DNA from: Octopus vulgaris | Taxonomy: Eukaryota | Direction of reading: 5' to 3' | Length of the DNA stretch: 64,000 nucleotides | NCBI GenBank assembly: GCA_951406725.2 | Contig: OX597816.1 | Coordinates: forward strand, 136,214,001 to 136,278,000 | Shown: positions 53,931 through 64,000 of the stretch, one piece after another | Layout of the letters: every line of letters begins with the position of its first letter | Numbering within the stretch: position 1 is the first letter of the stretch | Position numbers and translations under genes: made by a program | The notes under the pieces: generated by a model | The model's input: the letters and a program-made list of their open reading frames with translations, nothing else | Told to the model about the DNA's origin: nothing | Databases searched by the model: none

Positions 53931-55685
53931 TAAGGCGACGAGCTGGCAGAATCGTTAGTTCCTCAGGCAAAATGCTTCGGGACATTTCTTTTCGGCTCTG
54001 TGTTCCGAATTAAAATCAATCCGAGGTCGACTTTGCATTTCATCCTTTTGGAATTGATAAAATAAAGTACCAGTCATGTACTGGGTCGATATAATCGATT
54101 TATCCATTCCCTTAAAATTTGCAGGCCCTGCGCCAAAATCTGAAACAATAAAGTTTGCGAGTTGGCGGAATTGTGAGAACGTGAAAGAAATGCTTTGCGA
54201 CATTTCTTCCGGTTCATTACGTTCTGAGATCAAATTCCGTTGCGGTTAACTTTGCTTTTCACCCTTTCAGGGTCGATAAACTAAAGTACCTGTCAAGTAT
54301 ATGGGTCAATATAATTGATTACTCCTTACTTCAAAATTGCTGGCCTTGTGCCAAAATTAGAAAAATAAATTAACAGTATTCAAAGGGTGCGTTAACGACT
54401 TGGTTCCAAGAACCCTATCTCGTTTCATAAACTTCAAAAGTTGTGTGGTTGACAGTTATTTAAAAAAAAAAAGAACAGATTAAAATTCAGTAAACATACA
54501 AGTTTAGCCATTAATTTATTCTTTATTTTTGTAAGCCCGTTACATCATAGACATATTACTTAAGCAATCCACACTTTGAAGAAGAAAGGTGAAATGATCA
54601 GCTTTTCATAAAGTTAATTATTAGATGACACATACGTGAAGTATTTTAAAGTTTAAAATTACATACTTGATCTTAAAAAAGAAAAAAGTGCGCAAGAAGT
54701 TTGTGTCTATTTTGATTGACATTTAAAAATTAATATCCATACAAAATTTGAAATATTTTCATTGAGAAACGCATAAAGCCCGGAATAATCCTTTCTACAA
54801 TAGGAACAAAAGCCTGAAATTTTGGAAGAGGAGAGATCAGTCGATATCATCGACCTTGACCCCAGTACTCAACTGGTACTATTTTATTGACCGCCCCCCT
54901 TCCCCGAAAAGATAGAAAGCAAAGTCAACCTCGGCGGAAGTTGAACTCAGAACGTAAAGCCAGAAGAAATGCCGCTAAGCTTTTTGTCCGGCGTACTAAT
55001 GATTCTGCCTTCTCGCCCCACTGATAATATTGATTACAAATTTCGATACAGGGTTAGCAGTTTCGGAGGAGAGAACTAGTCGATTACGTGAAGACGGACG
55101 AAATGTTGCTAAGCACTTTAATAATAATAATAATATTCTTTTCTAATAAAGGCACAAGACGTGAAATTTTTGTAAGAGGGGACAAGCCGATTACATTGTA
55201 CAACCGGAAGAAATGCGCTAAGTATTTTGTGCACCGTGCTAACGATATTGACAGCTTGCTACCTTGACATTAACCAATAATAATGCATGTGTATATAAGT
55301 ATGCCTAATTTTATTGAAGAGTTGACTTCAGTTTCACTAAAATGCTTCAAGATTAAATCTTTGAAAACCTTAGATGAAAATGTACAGATTTTCTGGACAC
55401 CCTTTAGTATTTCTATTGCTTCTGTGATTTCAATACCTACTGAATATAAATACATTAAATTTGCCAATATACATATAGCTGGTAGAATCGTTAGCACGCC
55501 GGACAAACTGTTTTGCAGTATTTCTACTGACTCATTACGTTCTGAGTTCAAATTCCGCCGAGGTCGACTTTGCTTTTCATCCTTTCGGAGTCGATAAAGT
55601 CAGTACCAGATGAACACCGAGATCGATGTAATCTACCATCTCCCTCTCCTTCAAATTGCTGGCCTTGTACCTGTATTAGAAAGTC
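53931..55685. mobile_element. Cluster of at least six SINE family C copies in mixed orientation
   Basis: Approx. 53931-54150(+), 54155-54365(+), 54790-55020(-), 55025-55120(-), 55135-55265(-), 55478-55685(+); another at 56490-56668(-). These carry an alternative tail (..GGCCTTGTGCCAAAATTAGAAA). Confidence 0.85.
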
Positions 55686-55729
55686 TATATACGTTAAACG
55701 TTAATCCCAACTGGTGTTTAGACTGAGGT

Positions 55730-56106
55730 GGAGGCGCAATGGCCCAGTGGTTAGGGCAGTGGACTCGCGGTCGTAGGATCGCGGTTTCGATTCCCAGACC
55801 GGGCGTTGTAAGTGTTTATTGAGCGAAAACACCTAAAAAGCTCCACGAGGCTCCGGCAGGGATGGTGGTGATCCCTGCTGTACTCTTTCATCACAACTTT
55901 CTCTCATTCTTACTTCCTGTTTCTGTTGTACCTGTATTTCAAAGGGCCGGCCTTGTCACGCTGAATATCCCCTAGAACTACGTTAAGGGTACACGTGTCT
56001 GTGGAGTGCTCAGCCACTTACACGTTAATTTCACGAGCAGGCTGTTCCGTTGATCGGATCAACCGGAACCCTCGTCGTCGTAAACGACGGAGTGCTTCCA
56101 ATCAAA
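55730..56106 (+). mobile_element. SINE family B, full-length, young
   Basis: 14-bp TSD GTTTAGACTGAGGT at 55716-55729 and 56107-56120; near-identical inverted partner of 53418-53804. Related older copies at 59690-60008, 51250-51362, 41215-41320. Confidence 0.93.
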
Positions 56107-57044
56107 GTTTAGACTGAGGTATGTCACGATGATTTGTGGATACTTTTTATATTATTAGTACTAGGCTCTGTTGCTTCAATATAGACTCTGTAATATAGAG
56201 TAAAATAAACTAGCTTCGCTCAGTGGAGTAGCATTACTTTACCCATTCAAACGCGTAGTCGATCGATCTGCTAGAAATAACAGCCAAATCTCTCTTATTA
56301 CGCCATATAGTTTTAAAAATGAAGCAACAGTATGTAGTTTACTAGGTGTAGGTTGATGATGAAAAGCTGAACTGATGTACACAAGAAAATGAGTATTAAA
56401 GAGTAGCGTAGCTACGTGAAAGCAGTGGGGGTGGTGCCCCCAGACAAAGCTTTTATGGGGGTGACACTTTTATGGGTGCCCTAAGTAGGGACACACAAGG
56501 CATGAAATTGTTGGGGAGGGGTCTTGTCGATTACATTAGTCCCAGTGTTCAACTGGTTATTTCATTGATCCCGAAAGGCAAAGTCGACCTCGGCGGCATT
56601 TTAACTCAGAGTGTAAAGACGGACGAAATGCCGCTAAGCATTTTGTCCGGCGAGCTAACGATTCTAACGAAGCCTAGATACATTGTCTGAAAATAAAACA
56701 GGATGATAACAACTTGAATACCTCTCATCATAGGCCTGTTTAGAAATAACAGTAAAAATAAAAACTTCATAAGTAAATAAAATCTTTTGAAAATTCTTTT
56801 TGTAAGCAGAAAAGAATTTAAACCTATTTTATTAGAGAATTGAAGGAAAGTCTGCTAACACCGAGAGTCTAACGAGTAAAGCTAATAGAACCGTTGATCT
56901 TCAGTTCCAGAACCTAAAAATTTATATAATTGAACTTCAGATATACGCAGGTTGGGTGTACTTTTTATTGTTTAGACTTAAATCACCGATGGAACTGAAG
57001 AAGATAAACAATCTGTATATAAATTCGAGTTCAAATTTTTTTTT

Positions 57045-57411
57045 AACTTTTTCAGTCATTTGACTACGGCCATGCTGGAGCACCGCCTTGAATAGTTTTA
57101 GTCGAACAAATCGACCCCAGGATTTATTTCTTAAGCCTAGTACTTATTCTATCGGTTTCTTTCGCCGAACCGCTAAGTTACAGAGACGTAAACACACCAA
57201 CACCAGTTGTGAAGGGGTGATGGAGAGACAAACACAGACACAAAAACACACACATACGATGGGCTTCTTTTAGTTTCCGTCTACCAAATCCACTTGATCG
57301 GCCCGAGGCTATAGTAGAAGACACTTGTCCAAATTGTCACGCAGTGAGACTGAACCTGGAACAACGTGGTTGGGAAGCAAGCTTCTTACCACACTGCCGC
57401 GCCTGCGCCTA
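57045..57411 (-). mobile_element. SINE family A
   Basis: Aligns with 25135-25514. Confidence 0.88.
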
Positions 57412-57680
57412 TTCTATGTCCAGCAAGTTTATTGGTGCTGCAAATTGATGTGCTAAAAAGACTTAGTATCGAAACAATACAATTTACTATTAAACAATTA
57501 CTGTAATTCGTACTTGTTCTCTCATTAGTGAGCAACTTGTAACAATGGTGAATTCTTTTTAGACCATGTCATTAGTGAATGATTTTCAGCTCAGGTTTAC
57601 AAGTTACAGAAAAATATTTGTCCGAAAGAGAATGCACGCTATCAAAAGACGCGCTCTGCAGAAAATATTGTTTAGGTATA

Positions 57681-59013
57681 CAGTAGCAGCCATAATGTAA
57701 GGGTCAGTAAGAACAAGTATATTGAAATAGTTATTATAGAAGATTAACAACACGTAGAGACTAGATATTTTACACATATTTAAATATATCTAATATCTAC
57801 CTTTCGTGAAAGTTTCAAGTGCATGGAATTAATATTTCTTAAGTTATGAGGAAATAAACAATCTTCCAAATTGCAGCGGCCAAAAGTTAAGGGTCACTTA
57901 GAAAAAATGATTTACTAACCGAGGTATTTGTTGTTTAGAAGACTGTTAATGGGCTAACAGTTATTTCTTATGATCTTACATTATTGGAACTTTCAACTGT
58001 CAACATGGCGGCTTGTGAGAGACGACCGGTGTCCTGTATTGAAAAACAAAGGATTGTGTGCCTTCGCCAAAAGGGCAAGTGGAATTCTATGAGAGCAACT
58101 ACTGTAGGGAGGTCTAGAAGTGTTGTGCAACGAATTATAGCTCGTTTTAATTCATCAGAATCGACAGATGCTAAACCCCCAAACCAGTAGATCGCGTAAA
58201 ACTTCACTAAGACAGGATCGTATTATGGTTAGAATGTCACTGAAGGATAGGTTTAAGAGTGCTGCTGAGATATCCCGCGAGTTAAGCGCCACTTCCCGTG
58301 ACAACGTATCGCGCAAAACAGTTTCTCGGAGGTTATGAGGTTCTGGGTTGCTTGCTCGGGCACCGACAAAGAAACCTCTGATTTCAAAGAAGAATTAAAG
58401 AGTCCGTCTTCGTTTCGCTCACGAACATGTGGTTTGGACAGAAGAACAGTGGTCGCAGGTTCATTTTAGCGATGAATCGAAGTTTAATGTTATTGGTTCC
58501 GATAGCGGGATGTACGTCCGACGAAGTGGCGAAAGGTTATCTTGTGCATGTGTGAAGAAGACAGTGAAATATGGAGGAGGTAGTGTAATGGTATGGGGAA
58601 TGATCTCTGCTGCGGGTCCTGGTCCACTTATTCGTCTGCAGGGAACTGTCAATGCTGAAATCTACAAGCAGGTTCTTAGACAGCATGCCCTTCCACATCT
58701 CCGATCCTCGTCAGTTTAACCCCCTGTCTTTGTGCAGGACAACGCTTTTGAGTGAAGGGTTGATCTCATGGACTGGCCACCTCAAAGTCCCGATTTCAAC
58801 CCTATAGAAAACGTTTGGAAGATAATTGAAGATGGGGTGCGAAGGAGAAATCCAAACAACCAAACTGAACTCCGGGAATTATTGAAAAACGAATGGAACA
58901 ATATTACTCTATCATTTTGCAAGAAATTAATTCAGTGCTGTGGTAATAAATGTCAGGAGGTCATTGATAGTAAAGGGATAAAGCTAATTTCATCGTTTTT
59001 TTAGAGTGACCCA
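57681..59013 (+). mobile_element. Degenerate Tc1 (DDE) transposon with IR-DR-type left end
   Basis: TA|CAGT start with inner direct repeat (GCAGCCATAATGTAAGGGTCA / GCGGCCAAAAGTTAAGGGTCA); FSDESKF, TVKYGGGSVMVWG, QDNA, WPPQSPDFNPIENVW; right end truncated. Confidence 0.92.
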
Positions 59014-59079
59014 TGTATACAGTTATGCTGGGCCGTTGAAGTCTCCAAGTTTTTTTCACTCTGTTTATTTTCATTTATT

Positions 59080-59118
59080 CCTCTCTGTTGAAGAGCGTAG
59101 GCTCAAAACGTAAAATAC
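59080..59118 (+). ncRNA. Degenerate minimal hammerhead-like motif in a Penelope-like repeat
   Basis: CTGTTGA-A-GAGC(GTAG)GCTC-AAAA-CG-TA; two core substitutions relative to CUGANGA/GAAA. Confidence 0.4.
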
Positions 59119-59398
59119 TTTTTTCATTTTTCCTGAGCGTCAAACTAATACACTTGCTTGTTCATATGCACCTGTCTTCGTCTTGTGTTTTTCTATAAAT
59201 TTCGACTATATACAGTATATATATAAATAGAAATATATATATTTCTATTTATATTTAAAACTCCAATGTTTTAAAGCCTGATACTTATTATATCGAGTTC
59301 TTTTGCTGAACCGCTAAGTTATGGTGACGTAAATAGACCAACATCGGTTGTCAAGCGACGGAGGGAGAGGGGAAGGGGAAAATACAGCACAAACACAA

Positions 59399-59439
<41 letters not shown>

Positions 59440-60728
59440 ACACACACGCGCGCGTACAAGGGGCTTCGTTCTATTTCTGTCAACCAAATCCTCTCACAAC
59501 CCGGAGCTAAAGTTGAAGACACTTGTCCCAGCCCAAATAATATATTATTTACTGTCTGATATTTTAGTAAATGATTTTATTTACATTCTTAGGCTGTTAT
59601 TTATTTTTATATATATTCTTGAATATAAATGGACCTTCGTCACTTTCGATGATGAATGTTCAGTTGCTTTCTCAACTAACCTTTCTCTGGTACTCCGTCT
59701 GTTACGACGATGATGGTTCCAGTTGATCCTGTCAGCGGAACAGCCTACTCGTTAAATTAACGTGCAAGTGGCTGAGCACTTCACAGACACATGCCTATAG
59801 CGTTGACCTCAGGGAGATTCAGTGTGACACAGAATGTGACAAGGCTGGCTCTTTTGAAAAGCAGGTACTAATCATTATTGCCAGCAGAGTAGACTGGAGG
59901 AACGTGAAATAAAGTGTCTTGCTCAAAGACACAACGCGTTGCCGGGAATCGAAATCATGGCCTTACGATTGTGGGCCAAATACCCTAACCACTAAGCCAC
60001 GCGCCTTCAACCGACGTAACTATTCATAGAATTAACGTTTGAGGAGCTGAGTGTCATATAGTCACGTGTATCCTTAACGTAAATCTCGAGTAGAATCAAC
60101 ACGATACGGTGTGACAAAACAACTTAAGTTTTTGCTTTCAAGTACAGTCCCTCTGATAAGCTTCAGTACAGTTTTCCATCTACCCGATTTCACTCGCAAG
60201 ATTTGAACACTTACTGAAGTTGTCACACTCTGGATCGAACCTGGCACGTCATAATTACGAAGTGAACTTCTCAAGCATTCGACCTTGCTGATGGTTAGCT
60301 CACATCACTAATAATATCTGAGAGATTGTAAATAGCCGCTTCAATTTTGTGAAAATATCTGACGGTAAACATAGACTTTCATTATGAATATTACCTCGTA
60401 ATAATTACATTCCCAAAATAGAAGACCTAAAACAGACAAGATCGTCGCCCCGGAAATACAAGCAATAGCTGTGTCATCATTTTGTTGAAAGACTACTTTA
60501 TTTTTCGTTCTACTTCGCCCATATTGTTAGCTATGGCCTTACTAGAGTATTAGTTTATTCCTCCAAATTATATTTGCTCATGCTTTCTTCCACTGCATTT
60601 AGAAACTACTTTAGGAAGATTTTATACTATAAAAATAACCCTTTAATTTATGTATTACTTAACACAGTAGATAAACGAAGTCCCTCTCATATATATACAC
60701 AAGCACATACGACACCTGTTCGTGCGCG

Positions 60729-60759
<31 letters not shown>

Positions 60760-61575
60760 GGATTAGTGAAGTTTTGTGCTTACAAACACTCTCAAAAGAC
60801 CAAATATATTTAGTTTATTTTTTATATTTTATAAGATGAAGATGTTTTTGGATTGGAAGTCTGTTTCACGTTATCAACTATTCAAGCGACTGAAGTTGGG
60901 AGGGAAAATATTTGCGAGCACAACGAAATCGGATTGTTTGCTGGAAAAACGTTAGAAAACATCACATACTTCTACTCAGTTGTCATGTGCTGAACACGTG
61001 CTATTTTCACCTTTGCACATGCGAAAACACTTTTAAGTTTTAAGTCTTCAATGTCATGTGTATTCTTGTAAGCAAGGAAGGAGTTTATTGTCTGTGAAGT
61101 TTTTGTGCTGAAGAATAAATGAACGTGCTTCTTAATTGTATGACCATCTTTCAGTTTTGGACAAATCCATTATCTAGGAAATAAATTATTTTGCCTTGGA
61201 AGTTTCTCAATAAATAGCGATGGTATTGTCTATAAGAAAGCGGCGAGCTGGCAGAAACGTTAGCACGCCGGGCGAAATGCGTAGCCGTATTTCGTCTGTC
61301 GTTATGTTGTGAGTTCAAATTCCGCCGAGGTCGACTTTTCTGATAGAATAAGTATGAAGCATGAAACAATGTCCTGGGGTCAATTTGTTCGACAAAAACC
61401 CTTCAAGGCGGTGCCTCAGCATGGCTGCAGTCAAATGACCGAAAGAAGTAATATATATATAGAGAGAGAGAGTTAATCCAAACATGAAAACACAAAGAAA
61501 AAACACAACAACAACGCGAGGACGTGGAACATGTATAGTGTTATTGGACACTCAGGAAAGGAAAGGAAAGAAGGA

Positions 61576-61613
61576 GCATTTAACGTTTCGAGCGGAGCTC
61601 TTCGTCAGAAACA
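61576..61613 (-). ncRNA. Minimal type I hammerhead ribozyme motif (Penelope-associated)
   Basis: Minus strand TGTTT-CTGACGA-A-GAGC(TCC)GCTC-GAAA-CG-TT-AAATG: intact core, stem II and palindromic ACGT stem III. Confidence 0.65.
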
Positions 61614-61947
61614 CAGAAAAAGGAAAGGTCCAAGGAAGGAGTGTCACTTTGATGGCCTGCACTGCTCATCCCTAGTAAAAAAAATAATACCACCAGTTTC
61701 ATTGTTGAAGGATCAAGGAATATGCTAGGTAAAGGATATTCGTAGCTACTACTATCCTTTACCTAGGAATTTTTTTGATCCTTCAACAATGGAACTGCTA
61801 GCTGCAATTCTCTTTTACAATGGATTTTGCTGAATTCTTCGACCATGGAACTGCTAACCACTCTTCTCGTTCACTAAGGATGTTCTTTAATTTTTCGATG
61901 AACTGTTAACTATCAATATCCTATATTAAGGGGATTCCTTAATTCTT

Positions 61948-62040
61948 TCTCTCTGAAGACGGTATAGTTGGCTTACGTGGAAATCTTTGCTCAATAACAT
62001 GCTCCACATGCTCAGCTATTCTAGAAACAGCTGTAATAGA
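61948..62040 (+). ncRNA. Hammerhead-like motif with extended stem II and palindromic stem III
   Basis: TCTCT-CTGAAGA-[ATAGTTG..GTGGA / TCCAC..CAGCTAT]-GAAACAGCTGTA-ATAGA; ACAGCTGT palindrome at 62027-62034. Confidence 0.6.
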
Positions 62041-62317
62041 CTTTACGCATTATTTCTTAATCTCTTAATCCCTTATTTACTGTAACTACTTTGCAGTTAT
62101 GTTTGAATTATAACTTAGATATTCTATAGTGACACCACATGTTTTGCTTGTTCGTTTTCTCTCTGTAATATATCTACCCGCTCAATGATGAGCCACTTAT
62201 ATCCGTCTTTGATACGCAGCTTCAACACCACGTTTGTTTCAGCTGAGGTTCAAGCCGAAGTTTTAGTGGTAAATCAACCCGAGCACTTACAGTAAATACA
62301 TCATGTCATTAGACGGA

Positions 62318-62376
<59 letters not shown>

Positions 62377-62409
62377 TGAAGTTTCTCTAAAAACAAAGGA
62401 ATCAATATT

Positions 62410-62832
62410 CTTTTCTACCTTAGGCCCAAAATTTTGGGGGAGTGGGCCAGTCAATTAGATCGACCCCAGTACGCAACTGGTACTTAATTTATCGACCCGA
62501 ACGAATGAAAGGCAAAGTCGACCTTGGCGGAATTTGAACTCAAAACGTAAAGACAGACGAAATACTGCTAATCATTTCGCCCGGCGTGCTAACGTTTCTT
62601 ATAGCTTTACTGTCCAGAAGGGGCTACACACAGAGGGGACAAAAAAGGACAGACAAACTGATCAAGTCAATTATAACGACCTCAGTGCGTAACTGGTACT
62701 TATTTAATCGATCCCGAAAGGATGAAAGGCAAAGTCGACCTCGGTGAAATTTGAACTCAGAACGTAGCGGTAGACGAAATATCGCTAAACATTTCACCCG
62801 ATGTTCTAACGTTTCTGCCAGCTCGTCGCCTT
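62410..62832 (-). mobile_element. Two adjacent SINE family C copies, one with a Tx1-like tail
   Basis: 62410-62600 has the alternative tail; 62615-62832 has GTCCCCTCTGTGTGTAGCCCCTT on the minus strand. Partial copies at 61240-61338 and 63060-63195. Confidence 0.88.
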
Positions 62833-63797
62833 ACAAATGAATCAATATTGATAGCATTTTCTTTTTAAAAAAGGAAAATGATTTATGACTTCGGTGGCGG
62901 CGGCGACGACAACGGCGATAGTAACTGCTTCTTTACAATAAAAAGTTACAGAATATGGGTTTTTATAATATGGGACAGATATAAAAATGAAAAGCCAAAG
63001 TAGGACTGTTGAACATTATACGAGGGACGGATTAGAAAATTAATAACGCATAAAATAATTATTTCTATTCCAGACACAAGGCCTTGAGAATTTTTGGCGG
63101 GAAGGGGGCTAGTCGATTACATCGACCCCAGTGCGTAAGTGGTACATATTTCATCGACCCCGGCATGCTAACGATTCTGCAAGCTCACCGCCTTAAATTA
63201 GTATAAAATAGTATAAAATAATAATTAAAGCAAGATGTTATCTAAATTAGAGAAAAACAGAACCCCATGGAACATGTTTATGGTTTACCTACACTTAAAC
63301 GAGTAGAAACGTACTGGGTTGGTTGTCACGGAGTACCCACAACTCTTTACTTCCGTTCTTTCTCGTACTGAATTCTGGCACACCCAAAGGCACCTATTGA
63401 CATGTTCTGGTGTTGGGTTGATTTGGAAATTTTCAATGTGCTCTCGGGTTCATAATCTTTCAAGTATTCATTAAATGCTACTTCGCACCTTATTAATATT
63501 CCGTCTTCCGCATATTTATAATTCTCATCTTCTAAAAGTCTCTCTGGCGAATATTTCAGCGACAAACGAATTACAAGGCGTCTTATGCATTGCGTACGTT
63601 TCTATTACCTCTGTGCTATTCACCCGCTCTATGAATAACCCTAACACTAACACCTAACACTTTTTTGACGATTGTTGGGGTTAACTTCTATTTTATGAGG
63701 TCTTCTTTTTTAACTCTTGCACCCTCCCAGGCCCGTCTCCAGACTTTGGTGTTTAGGGGTGCTTCAGAGTATTCTGGGTGGGTACTAATTTGTATTA

Positions 63798-63998
63798 TGA
63801 GACGATTTTTGTAAACTGTATTTTCTAAATGTAAGGGTGCACCATTGAATAGTGAGGGTGCAGTGCCTTCCAGTGCACCTCCTTAGCGATGGGCATGTTA
63901 GTAGACTTGAAGAAATGTATTGCTGGGAGATTTCTGTAAACTGTATTTTTCAAGTCTGAGGGTACAGTGCCATCCAGTGTCACTTAGTGACGGGCATG
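63798..63998. repeat. Partial tandem duplication of a MITE-like end
   Basis: GTAAACTGTATTTT..TGAGGGT.CAGTGCC.TCCAGTG..CTTAG.GA.GGGCATG occurs twice. Confidence 0.7.
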
Positions 63999-64000
63999 GT

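Noticed and set aside
55730-55802. tRNA gene
   Set aside because: The A/B boxes belong to a SINE head that continues into a repeat body flanked by a TSD; no proper acceptor stem.

Overview
AT-rich, microsatellite-dense eukaryotic DNA, almost certainly intronic or intergenic. The SINE families and repeat landscape point to an octopus (coleoid cephalopod) genome; this is an inference. No intact host protein-coding gene is evident. The main feature is a full-length Tx1/L1-clade LINE (5173-10268, minus strand, 13-bp TSD) disabled by three small lesions. Around it are an ORF1-only relative, a solo LTR, many Tc1/mariner elements (one nearly intact), Helitron, hAT, RTE and Penelope remnants, MITEs, three tRNA-derived SINE families and a 28S rRNA fragment. 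The strongest observation is that the Tx1 LINE, the ORF1-only element and one SINE family share the same non-poly(A) 3' tail, suggesting a three-partner retroposition system. Also notable are a perfect splice donor plus TAATG at the ORF1/ORF2 junction, minimal hammerhead-ribozyme motifs in Penelope-like remnants, inverted near-identical SINEs able to form long dsRNA, and a possible host-gene 5' region near 49-53 kb. Boundaries of degenerate repeats are approximate and all translations outside the supplied ORF track were done by hand.
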